64,000 nt of DNA from Azolla caroliniana. Lineage: Eukaryota; Plantae; Polypodiophyta. The notes under the pieces were generated by a model. It saw only the letters and a program-made list of their open reading frames with translations, was not told the DNA's origin and ran no database searches. Below, piece by piece: positions 49,138 to 60,372 of the stretch. The translations under genes were made by a program, and so were the position numbers. Each line of letters begins with the position of its first letter. The first letter of the stretch is position 1. Where the stretch lies: assembly GCA_043228905.1 (NCBI GenBank), contig JBHGNT010000005.1, positions 11,718,001-11,782,000 of the forward strand. Reading direction: 5' to 3'.

Positions 49138-52100
49138 TGTTGAACAACAGTGCTCGGCCGCCACCAAGTAGTAGGATCGATTCACAGAAAAACGGGAAAT
49201 ACAAAAAAAAATGCACGAAGACAATAGAGAGAAAAATACACAGGATGTTTTACGTGGAAAACCCTAAATAGGAAAAACCACGGAAGTCCTCAAACTCCAA
49301 CTATCACTATGAACAGAGATGTACAATGGTGAAGCCACAAGGCAACAACCTTGAGCTCACTGTCTTCGCCACAGGCGGCGGTAATACACAGAGGCAACGA
49401 CCTCTTCGTCTTTCTCTCTCTCTCTCTCTCTCTCGGCTGCTCTCTTCACTCTCTCTAAGTGGAAAACAGAAAATGAGCAACAACACTAAACTGTTTGCCC
49501 TAAGTCATATTTATACACATATGACTTTCGGGTTATTTACAAATATAGCCTCAAGGGCCCTTGGTAAGCATATTCACAAATATGTCCCCGCATCCGGATC
49601 TCGCTCCGGGTACGTTCATCATCCGGCTCCGTAGCCGGGACCGTAACCGTAACCGTAACCGTAACCGTAACCGTAACCGGGATTGTAACCGGGATTGCCG
49701 TCATTCATCTCCGGACATCCCATCCGGAGGGACCGAAAATCCCAACAAACTCCCCCTTCACTTCGGCATGGGATGTCTCTCCAATCCGATCCTCTTCCGG
49801 CATGCTTCCAGCTTGTCGGTTGTAAGTACCTTGGTCAGCATATCCGACCCGTTCTCGTCCGTGTGGATCTTCGTCAGCACGAACTCCTTGTCTTCTATCC
49901 TTTCCCGGATCCAGTGGTATCTACGCTGGATGTGCTTCGTCCGGGAGTGATAGGCCGCATTCTTCGCAAGGTGGATGGCACTCTGACTGTCGCAGTAGAG
50001 TCGGTACTCCTCCTGCCGGATACCGAGCTCTCTAATGAAGTCCTTCATCCATATTATTTCCTTGCCGGCTTCAACAGCCGCCATGTACTCCGCCTCCGTG
50101 GTTGACAACGCAACCGTCTTCTGCAACCTCGACTGCCACGAAACGGCCCCCCCTGCATATGTCATTACATACCCAGATGTAGACCGGCTGGTATCCACAT
50201 CAGCCGACATATCCGAATCGGTAAATCCATCGAGTTCGGGTTTACCGGAGCCGAATCGGAGGCACATGTTCGAAGTGCCCTTTAAGTATCGGAGTATCCA
50301 TTTGACCGCGTTCCAGTGCTCCTTGCCGGGATTACTCATATACCGGCTCACCACTCCGACTGCATATCCTATGTCCGGTCTTGTACACACCATTGCGTAC
50401 ATCAAGCTTCCGACGGTAGAGGCATATGGTACTTTCATCATGTCCTCCTTCTCAGCCTTTGTCTTGGGGCTTTGTTTGCTGGACAACTTGCAGTTTGCCG
50501 GGAGGGTTGACCCGACCGGTCTTGCTTCCGACATGTTGAACCGGTGAAGCACCTTTGTCACGTACTTCTCCTGTGACAACCACAACTGCTTCTTCTTCCG
50601 GTCCCAGATGATGTGCATCCCTAGTATTTGCCTCGCCGGACCCAGGTCCTTCATTGAGAAGGTTCGGTGAAGCGCTTTCTTCAGCATCTGTATCTTGACC
50701 TGGTCCCGTCCGACGATCAACATGTCGTCCACGTACAGGAGGAGTATTAGAAAGTCTCCTCCTTCGAACTTCTTCACAAACACGCAGTGATCGGACTGCG
50801 TTTCGTGGTACCCTTCGTCGGTCATGAAAGAGTCGAACTTCCGGTACCATTGCCGGGGAGCTTGCTTCAGTCCGTAAAGGCTCTTCTTCAACCGGCATAC
50901 CAGGTGCTCCTTCCCTTTCTTCTCGAATCCTTCCGGTTGCTGCATGTAGATCTCTTCTTCGAGGTCACCGTGAAGGAATGCCGTCTTCACGTCCATCTGT
51001 TCTACCTCGAGGTCCATGCTTGCCGCTATGCTCAGCACCGTCCGGGTGGAGGTCATCTTCACTACCGGGGCAAATATCTCGTCGAAGTCGACGCCCTTCT
51101 TCTGCTGAAACCCCTTCACCACGATCCTGGCTTTGTATCTCGGGGGGTTTCCGGCATCTCCCGGTTTCAGCTTGAACACCCACTTGTTTCGAAGTGCCCG
51201 CTTTCCTTTCGGCAACTCCACAAGTTCATATGTGTGGTTCTCATGCAGGGAATCCATCTCCTCCTGCATGGCACTTAACCACCTGCGGCTATGGGTGTCA
51301 AGCTTTGCTTCTTCAAAACTCTCCGGCTCCCCCTCGTCGGTTAGCAGCATGTGCTCTGGTTCCGGAAATCTCCGGGGGGCCCTTCTCTCTCTTAGAGGAT
51401 ATCTCCGTTCCGGAGCTTCGGTAACCGGCTCCTCCGTTTCCTCTTCATCCGAATCCATTTCGGGATCGGGGCCGGTTCCGGTATCAGTTTCATCTTCCTC
51501 AGCCGGTTCTGTTTCTTCACCGTCTTCGGCCGGATCCTCGAGTGCTAACCGGTCCCTTGCCGGTCGGGACTGCTCCTCGTAGAGTTGATCCTCACCGGAC
51601 GACTTGGAGCTCTTCATCTTCTTCTCCGATTCCCAGTCGGCGAGTGTCTTGTCCTCCATGAAGATGATATCACGACTCCGGGATATCTTTTTGTCGACCG
51701 GGTCCCATACTCGGTAGCCGAACTCATCGTCGCCGTAACCGAGGAATATGCATGGCCGGGTCTTTGGGTCTAGCTTTCCTCTCCGGTCCTTTGCCACATG
51801 CACATATGCGAGACACCCGAACACCTTCAGATGCCGGTAGGATACTTCCCTACCGGTCCACACTCTCTGTGGCGTGTCTCCGTCCAAAGGTGCTGAGGGT
51901 GATCTGTTTATCACGTATGTCGCCGTCGACATTGCCTCAGCCCAAAACCCCTTGGGTAATTTCGCATGCGCCAGCATACTCCGGACCCTCTCCATTATGG
52001 TCCGGTTCATCCTCTCGGCCAGCCCGTTCAGTTCCGGCGTCTTCGGCACAGTAAACTCGAGCCGGATTCCCTTCGAGCGACAGTACTCCTCGAACTGCCC

Positions 52101-54460
52101 CCGGTATTCCCCTCTGTTATCCGCTCGTATCGCTTTCAGCTCCTTGCCGGATTCCCTTTCCACTCTCGCGTGGAGTTCTTTGAAGACGGACAATACTTGG
52201 TCCTTTGTCTTCAACGGTGCCGTCCACAGCTTCCGGCTATGGTTTTCTATGAATGTTACGAAGTACGGGGCTCCGCCATGTGACTTCGTTTCTACCTGAC
52301 ACACATCAGTGTGTACCAACTCCAATGGTACACTACGTCTCGTCGGTGGCCTTGAGTGGAAGGAGGTTCGGTTCTGTTTACCGGCCAGGCAATCGGTGCA
52401 CTTCTCCAGGTGCACATGCTTCACTGGAATAAGTTTGTCTTCTGCAAGCCTCTTCATCCCCTTCTCACTCATGTGACACAGTCTCTTGTGCCACAGCTCA
52501 CCGGCAGTATCGGCTGCCACGTTCAGCTCCTCCGGACATAGCCGGGAATTCATCAGGTACAGTGTGTTGACCTTCCGGGCCCGAGCCACTATCAAGCTCC
52601 CTTTACTGAACTTCATGACACCGTTCCGGATGCTACCCGTGTAGCCTTCATCGTCTAGCCTCCCGGCCGAAATCAGGTTCAATCGAACCTCCGGAACGTG
52701 TCGTACATCCTTCAGCAGCATCTTGCATCCGGTTGATGTCATCAGCCACACGTCTCCTATGCCGGCAATCCGACATGTGCCTTCATTTCCCATCCGGACA
52801 CAGCCGTGCTCACCGGCTGTGTAGGATGAGAAGTATTTCTTCTCCGGGGTCAGGTGGAACGACGCTCCGGAATCGACCACCCAGGTCATCTCTACACCGG
52901 CAAGGTTCAGCTCTCTCTCTTCGGTAATGAGCATTATCTCTTCTTCACTGGCCGCGAGTGCCGTCGTTCCTTTCCGGTCCTGCCCTCGCCGATCCGGACC
53001 TCTCCGGTCCGTGGCTCCCCGGTATGCACCGTTTCTCTCCGGTGACTTCTTCGAATCGGTGTCGTCGGCTCCGTTGTCCTTTCGGTAATGCCGACAATTC
53101 TTCCGGAAGTGCCCCGGCTTCCCACAGTGGAAGCATGTGGGTCTTCCTCTTGACTGCGACCGGGTCCCCGACTTCTCCCGTCTTTGCGGACTCCGGTTCC
53201 ATTGTCTTCCCCGATCCGATTCGGTAAGCAGCATCTTCGGATCGGAAACCGGTTCTTTATCTCTCCGGCGCGCTTCTTCGTTCAAAATGCTTGTCTTTAC
53301 CGTTTGTAGAGACAAGTTATCTTCGGTGCAGGAGGTGCTGAGGGTCACCACCAAGTTCTCCCAGCTTTCCGGCAATGTACACATCAGAATGATGGCTTGC
53401 ATTGCATCCTCCAACGGGAACTTGATCGCCGCAAGCTGGTTCACGAATCCCATGAACGTGCTCACGTGTTCCACCATATTCTCGCCGTCCCGGTACTTGA
53501 GGTTCACTATCTTCCTCATCAGGGAGGTCCGGTTCAACGCATTCTTCCTCTCGTAGAGGCCCGACAGCTTCTTCCACATCTCATATGCGTTGGTGTCGTT
53601 CGCCACATGTTGCAGAACACTTACATCTACATATTGCCGGATCGTCGCTACGGCTTTCCGGTTCAGGAGCTTCCACTCCGAATCTATTACCCCCTTGGGT
53701 ATCTCGGCATTGTCGATCGGTTCGTACAGGTCTCGGACGATGAGAAGGTCTTCCATCTTTATCTTCCAGTCGGCGTAGTTCTGTGAGTTCAACACCATCA
53801 TGCCCGGAGGCCCACTACCGCCGCCTTCCATTTTCTGTGTTAACCGTGCTCTGATACCAAATTGTTGAACAACAGTGCTCGGCCGCCACCAAGTAGTAGG
53901 ATCGATTCACAGAAAAACGGGAAATACAAAAAAAAATGCACGAAGACAATAGAGAGAAAAATACACAGGATGTTTTACGTGGAAAACCCTAAATAGGAAA
54001 AACCACGGAAGTGCTCAAACTCCAACTATCACTATGAACAGAGATGTACAATGGTGAAGCCACAAGGCAACAACCTTGAGCTCACTGTCTTCGCCACAGG
54101 CGGCGGTAGTACACAGAGGCAACGACCTCTTCGTCTTTCTCTCTCTCTCTCTCTCTCTCGGCTGCGCTCTTCACTCTCTCTAAGTGGAAAACAGAAAATG
54201 AGCAACAACACTAAACTGTTTGCCCTAAGTCATATTTATACACATATGACTTTCGGGTTATTTACAAATATAGCCTCAAGGGCCCTTGGTAAGCATATTC
54301 ACAAATATGTCCCCGCATCCGGATCTCGCTCCGGGTACGTTCATCATCCGGCTCCGTAGCCGGGACCGTAACCGTAACCGTAACCGTAACCGGGATTGTA
54401 ACCGGGATTGCCGTCATTCATCTCCGGACATCCCATCCGGAGGGACCGAAAATCCCAACA
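49138..54460 (-). mobile_element. Young full-length Ty1/copia (Tork/Tnt1-like, family D)
   Basis: LTRs 49138-49747 and 53863-54460 nearly identical; TSD CAAAT (49133-49137, 54461-54465); PBS TGGTATCAGAGC at 53848-53859; PPT adjacent to 49747. Confidence 0.98.
49758..53831 (-). CDS. Copia gag-pol polyprotein, 1357 aa, uninterrupted
   Basis: gag, knuckle CFHCGKPGHFRKNC, protease VDSGASFH, WHKRLCH..CTDC, integrase, RT YVDD, RNase H (DSD, TEAEY, CDSQSA). Confidence 0.96.
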   Translation of the reverse strand: MEGGGSGPPGMMVLNSQNYADWKIKMEDLLIVRDLYEPIDNAEIPKGVIDSEWKLLNRKAVATIRQYVDVSVLQHVANDTNAYEMWKKLSGLYERKNALNRTSLMRKIVNLKYRDGENMVEHVSTFMGFVNQLAAIKFPLEDAMQAIILMCTLPESWENLVVTLSTSCTEDNLSLQTVKTSILNEEARRRDKEPVSDPKMLLTESDRGRQWNRSPQRREKSGTRSQSRGRPTCFHCGKPGHFRKNCRHYRKDNGADDTDSKKSPERNGAYRGATDRRGPDRRGQDRKGTTALAASEEEIMLITEERELNLAGVEMTWVVDSGASFHLTPEKKYFSSYTAGEHGCVRMGNEGTCRIAGIGDVWLMTSTGCKMLLKDVRHVPEVRLNLISAGRLDDEGYTGSIRNGVMKFSKGSLIVARARKVNTLYLMNSRLCPEELNVAADTAGELWHKRLCHMSEKGMKRLAEDKLIPVKHVHLEKCTDCLAGKQNRTSFHSRPPTRRSVPLELVHTDVCQVETKSHGGAPYFVTFIENHSRKLWTAPLKTKDQVLSVFKELHARVERESGKELKAIRADNRGEYRGQFEEYCRSKGIRLEFTVPKTPELNGLAERMNRTIMERVRSMLAHAKLPKGFWAEAMSTATYVINRSPSAPLDGDTPQRVWTGREVSYRHLKVFGCLAYVHVAKDRRGKLDPKTRPCIFLGYGDDEFGYRVWDPVDKKISRSRDIIFMEDKTLADWESEKKMKSSKSSGEDQLYEEQSRPARDRLALEDPAEDGEETEPAEEDETDTGTGPDPEMDSDEEETEEPVTEAPERRYPLRERRAPRRFPEPEHMLLTDEGEPESFEEAKLDTHSRRWLSAMQEEMDSLHENHTYELVELPKGKRALRNKWVFKLKPGDAGNPPRYKARIVVKGFQQKKGVDFDEIFAPVVKMTSTRTVLSIAASMDLEVEQMDVKTAFLHGDLEEEIYMQQPEGFEKKGKEHLVCRLKKSLYGLKQAPRQWYRKFDSFMTDEGYHETQSDHCVFVKKFEGGDFLILLLYVDDMLIVGRDQVKIQMLKKALHRTFSMKDLGPARQILGMHIIWDRKKKQLWLSQEKYVTKVLHRFNMSEARPVGSTLPANCKLSSKQSPKTKAEKEDMMKVPYASTVGSLMYAMVCTRPDIGYAVGVVSRYMSNPGKEHWNAVKWILRYLKGTSNMCLRFGSGKPELDGFTDSDMSADVDTSRSTSGYVMTYAGGAVSWQSRLQKTVALSTTEAEYMAAVEAGKEIIWMKDFIRELGIRQEEYRLYCDSQSAIHLAKNAAYHSRTKHIQRRYHWIRERIEDKEFVLTKIHTDENGSDMLTKVLTTDKLEACRKRIGLERHPMPK

Positions 54461-55267
54461 CAAATTAAGTTTTTCTCATTCAACATACAATTATAACATG
54501 AGGTTTTAATTATTTTTATCTAAAAATAAATAATTAAATGTATCTATGTATTTTTTAAAATATATGAATGTATATACATATATTTATTTTGTTCTTAATT
54601 TTTAGTTTTAGGATTTATTTATTCATATATATTTTCTAATTTTTTTGTTTCAGTTATTTATTTTTTGGGTCGCAACCACTTGTAGCATGTAACCTGCAAT
54701 ATATAAGTTGTGGTAGGTCAACGCAAAATACTGTAGTAAGTAACTTGCAGCAGGTCATCGTGACTTGTTGGGTACAACACCACATCATCATGACCTATTG
54801 CAACAGGTTATTACAATACTTCAATGAAACCTACCACAAAAGTTCATCGCAACCAATGGACCTATGGCAACAGGTCATCGTGATTGTCCCACCAACCCAA
54901 TGGTCAGGAAAAATAAATTTAAATTTAAATTATTTAAAAAATATCTAAATAAATAAATTCAATATAAAAACAATGTTTAATTTTTTTTAAAAAAAGCATT
55001 GCCTCATCCACATCTGACACAACTCCATATACAATTGTAGTGGTGTTTTGCATTTTTCATATCCATGATTTAGGGTGAATTTTTTTTTCGATCTTTGATG
55101 CTTTTATTCTTTCCACTCAAATTTTGATTGTGCATTTTTTCCCTTATTATCTAATTATCTACTGTTACTTATTTATTTTCTCGTATTTTGTTGACCTATA
55201 AGATGTGAATATGTATTATCATACATGACAATATATTATTATATTGTTATACATGTATATTTTTAAC

Positions 55268-55424
<157 letters not shown>

Positions 55425-55681
55425 ATATATGCATGCACACTAACGCATTGTTAATGTTCTTACATTTGAGAGTGACCACAATACATAAAAGTTTACGAAG
55501 CATGACCATACGCACATTTACAAATTCTATAGTTCGGTATATGAGTATCTCGTGTGATCAATTTTCTCAAGATTAGAAAAAGAAATATTCATAGACATCG
55601 ACATAACTTTCGTAAATGCAAGCATTTTCTCTTGCATTTGTTTTGTGCAATCAGGGTCCCCGAGTTAGACTTAAAGACTTG

Positions 55682-56142
55682 TGTAAAAGATTACATGCGG
55701 AAGCTTACGAACAATAGACACAACCGGCTCGAAGGGACAACAAAGAACACACAGTTAGGAAAACGAAGAGTAGGAGAAAGAGAGAGAGAGAGAGATTGAG
55801 TAAGGAGACTAAAACTCAATTACTAAATAAACTCAGTAATCTATTCTATACAATGTGCTCATAGAGCACGTTTTATACAAGCCCGAACGAGTGGGCTGAC
55901 ACAAGTACTATCAGTACTTTAATGCTCATGAATGAGCCTGACACTGATTAGCCTATAATAGGCCTATAGGCCTATAGGCCCACTTACGGCTTGTCGGATT
56001 CCATCTTACTTGACCAGCTGATTCAGATTTCGGCTTATTCAGTCGATTCGAACCTAGCCGATCGACCTTCGTCCGAGTAGCCGATCAACCATATGGAGCT
56101 TGTTCACTCAACACTCCCCCCAAACTCAACTTGAGGTCCCGT
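55682..56142 (-). mobile_element. 3' LTR (55682-56113) and PPT of another family A-related copia; rest displaced by nested insertions
   Basis: Minus strand reads acctcaagttgagtttggggggag-TGTTGAG...cttccgcatgtaatcttttaCA, matching the pre-LTR and LTR-end sequences of copies 2 and 3. Confidence 0.8.
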
Positions 56143-59100
56143 TGTTCGGAAGTCGGTCCCTCCGGATGGGATCTAGTTATGAATGAAGAGGACCCGGTGA
56201 GAACCGGAAGAGAAGACATATTTGCAAATATGTTTTGAGTAAGCCTATTGAGGCTATATTTGTAAATAGCCCTAAGTTCATATAAGTATAAATATGACTT
56301 AGGGCAATCACTTTAAGGAGTTGTTGTCATATTGTTGTCGATAGAACTATTGTATAGAGTTATACTTTGTTGTAACTGCCGGTTGGCGAAGATATAGAGC
56401 TCGAGGTCGTTGCCTCCGACTCTCTGATTGTATCTTTCCTATATATAGTGATAGCTTGGAGTCTGTGGGCTCCCGTGGTTTTTCCCATTAGGGTTTTCCA
56501 CGTAAACATTCTGTGTACCACATACTTCCCATTTTTGTGTTTCATTCTCATTGAAGTGATTCAAGACTCAGTTGTGGCTGAGCAATATTCCAAGCTATTC
56601 TCCACAATCTAGTATCAGAGCGAACAACACAGGAAATGGAAGAATCTTTCGGCAGCATGTTCAAGCTCACCGGCTCCAACTACTCAGTGTGGAAGTCGAA
56701 GATGAGGGATATGTTGGTGGTTAAAGATCTTTGGTTGCCGGTTCAGTTCGGGGACAAGAGACCGGATAAGACCAACGCCACAGTGTGGGAGGTGATGCAC
56801 ATGAAGATGACGACACACATCCGGTGCTTCATCAACATGAGCTTGTACAATAACTTCAATGAAGAGAGCAAGGCTCATGAACTTAGGGAGAAGATTGGCA
56901 TCATGTTCTAGAAAAATAATGCCGTTAATCGGGTTTCGGTATTCCGAAAGCTAGTGAGGTTCTGGTACTAGGACAACTCTAGTATGGTGGAGCATGTGAA
57001 TGCCTTCCAGGGGCTAATACACCAAGCAACCTCGTTGGAAGTACCTCTCGCTGATGAGGTACTCGCATTGCTCCTACTCGGTTCCCTCCCGGATAGTTGG
57101 GAGACGTTAGTTGTCATGTTGGGCAACGCCGGGCCGAAAGGAAAGTAGTTGTCCCTAGCAAGGGTAAAATCAAGCCTGCTAGATGAAGAAGCTCACCGGA
57201 AGGACCGAGAGTCCGGAACCGATCCGAAGGCCTTAGTCACAAAAGATGACCACAACCGGGGAAGAGGCCGGTATCAGAGTCCCCAAAACCAGGACAAATT
57301 GGGGACAAGGTCGAAGTTAAGGGGTTGACGTACTTGCTTCTACTATGGAAAATCGGGGCATTTCTAGAAGATCTATCGGCATTTCCGGAAAGAGAAAGAA
57401 ACCGGCACTACCGATTCGAAGAAGAGTTCGGACTGAAATGGTTCGAACCGGAGAGGCCCAGATTGGAAAGGAAAGTCGGCGATTGTTACAAGTGAAGAGG
57501 AACTGATGTTCATTATCGAGGAGAATGAGTTAAACCTTGTCGGCGACGAGACAATGTGGGTTGTCGATTCCGGAGCGTCGTTCCACCTGACACCAAATCG
57601 GAAATGCTTCTCATCCTACACAGTTGGTGATCATGGTTGTGTCCGGATGGGGAATGAAGGTACATGCCGAATTATCGGCATAGGAAATGTGTTGTTGACG
57701 ACATCAATCAGATGCAAGTTGTTGTTGAAGGATGTCTGACACAATCCAAAGGTTCGACTAAACTTGATATCAGCCGGTCGATTGGATGATGAAGGCTACA
57801 TGGGTAGCATCCGGAACGGAGTCATTAGTTCAGTAAAGGGAGACTAATAGTGGCTCGAGCCCGGAAGGTCAACACATTGTACTCGATGAATGCCCGGATA
57901 TGCCGGAAAGAAGTGAATGTAGAATCCGAGACAACCGGTGAGTTGTGGCACAAGAGATTGTGTCATTGAGCCAGAAGGGGATGAAGAGACTTGCCGAAGA
58001 TAATCTCATTCCGGTGAAGGACGTGCAACTTGAGAAGTGCACCGAATGCTTGGCCGGCAAGCAAAACCGAACCTCCTTCCGGTCAAGACCACCAATGAGA
58101 CAGAATGCACCACTGGAGCTAGTGCATACCGATGTGTGTCAAGTGGACACGAAGTCACATGCCGGATCGCAGTACTTCGTGACATTCATAGATGACCACA
58201 ACCGGAAGCTATGGGTCTCACCGTTGAAGAAGAAGGATAAGGTGCTATACGTCTTCAAGGAACTCCACGCGAGAGTGGAAAGAGAAACTGGCTGGAAGCT
58301 GAAGGCGGTTCGAGCAGACAACGGAGGAGAATATCGGGGGTAGTTCGAGGAGTACTGCCAGTCGAAGGGAATCTGGCTTAAATTTACCGTGCCGAAGAAG
58401 CCGGAAATAAACGGGTTGGCTAAACGGATGAACCAGACCATAATGGAGAGAGTCTGCAGCATGCTAGCACATGCCAAGTTACCCAAGACGTTTTGGGCCG
58501 AGGTGATGACGACGATGACTTACGTGATAAACAGATCACCCTTAGTACCCTTGGATGGAGACACACCGCAAAGAGTATGGACCGGTAAGGACGTGTCTTA
58601 CCGGCATTTGAAGGTGTTCGGGTGTCTCGCATATGTGCATCTTGCAAAGGACAAGAGAGCAAAGCTGGATCTGAAGTCCAGGTCATGCATATTCCTTGGA
58701 TACGATGATGATGAGTTCGGTTATCGGCTGTGGGATCTGGTCGACAAGAAGGTGTTCCGGAGTCGGGACATATTCTTCATGGAAGACAGGACCATTGTTG
58801 ACTGGGAGTCGGAGAAGAAGATGATGAACTCCGGATCATCCAATGAAAACCGGTTTGAGGACACAAGGACCTACCCAGTTGAAAACCGGATGTTGGCCGG
58901 CAACCGGATGACACTTGACGAAACGGCCGGATACGGACAAGAAACCGAACCGACCGAACAAGAAGAAGAATAAGGAGATACCGGAACAAGATAAGATCCC
59001 GAATCAAATTCGGATGAGGAACAAACGGAGGAACTGGTAGTCAGAAACCAAGGGCGTAGATATCCTCTCCGAGATAGAAGAGCCCCCCGGAGATTTCCGG

Positions 59101-60191
59101 ATGCAGAGCATGTGTTGCTTACCAATGAGGGGGAGCCGGAAAGCTTCGAAGAAGCAAAGAGAGACACCCACAACTGCAAGTGGTTGAGTGCAATGCAGGA
59201 TGAGATGGATTCCCTGCATGAGAACCACACGTATGAACTAATGGAATTGCCGAAAGGAAAGAGGGCACTTCGGAACAAGTGGGTGTACAAGCTAAAAGTG
59301 GGAGATGCTGGAAACCCACCGAGATACAAAGCCCGGATCGTGGGGAAGGGGTTCCTGCAAAAGAAAGGAGTGGATTTCGATGAGATCTTTGCCCCAGTAG
59401 TAAAGATGACATCCATTTGGACAGTATTGGGGATAGCAGCAAGCATGGACCTCGAGGTAGAGGAACTGGACATCAAGACGACATTCCTACATGGTGACCT
59501 CGAAGAAGAGATCTACATGCATCAACCGGAAGGATTTGAGAAGAAAGGGATGGAGCACCCTGGTGTGTTGGCTGAAGAAGAGCTTATACGGATTGAAGCA
59601 AGCTCTCCGGCAATGGTACCAGAAGTTCGACTCCTTCATGACCGACCAAGGGTACCACAAGACGCAGGCCGATCACTGTGTGTTTGTGAAGAAATTTGAT
59701 GGAGGAGATTTCTTGATACTCCTCCTATATGTGGATGATATGCTGATCGTCGGACGAGACCAAGGCAAGATTTAGATGTTGAAGAAGACTCTGAACCGGA
59801 CCTTCTCAATGAAAAACTTGGGTCTGGCAAGATAGATATTGGGAATGCATATCATCCGGGACCGGTTGAAGAAGCTGTTGTGGTTGTCACAAGAGAAGTA
59901 TGTGACAAAGGTGCTTCAACAGTTCAACATGTTGGAGGCAAAACCGGTCAGATCGACACTTCCAACAAACTGCAAACTATTCGGAAAACAAAGCCCGAGG
60001 ACAAAGGCGGAGAAGACGGACATGATGAAGATACCATATGCCTCTACCGTCGGAAGCTTGATGTACGCAATGGTATGTACCCGACCGATATCGGATATGT
60101 GGTCAGAGTGGTGAGCCGGTTCATGAGCAATCTCGAAAACGAGCATTGGAACACGGTCCAGTGGATACTCTGGTATCTGAAAGGCACCTCG
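56143..60191 (+). mobile_element. Ty1/copia family E, degenerate, interrupted after RT by a chromovirus
   Basis: 5' LTR 56143-56606; PBS tagtatcagagc 56610-56621; gag ATG 56636; PR, IN and RT fragments with many stops; ends at YLKGTS. Confidence 0.93.
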
Positions 60192-60324
60192 TGTCAGGAA
60201 CTCTATTAAGGCAGAGAAGGAATTAGTACTAAAAGAAGGATTAGTACTATTGTTGGGGAATAGTACTAAGATAGAGAAGGATTAGTACTATGAGAGGTGT
60301 CGAACTTTGAGAGAAGGAATGAGT

Positions 60325-60372
<48 letters not shown>

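Noticed and set aside
49326-49634. Duplicated 102-aa ORF (also 54051-54359)
   Set aside because: Lies inside the two LTRs and includes a (CT)n tract; the duplication simply reflects LTR identity
49641-49676. (TTACGG)n as a possible telomeric repeat
   Set aside because: Only 4-6 units, LTR-internal, and unlike the plant TTTAGGG motif
60213-60292. Spaced repeats gaaggattagtact that look superficially like a CRISPR array
   Set aside because: Short, irregular, inside a eukaryotic LTR, no cas genes
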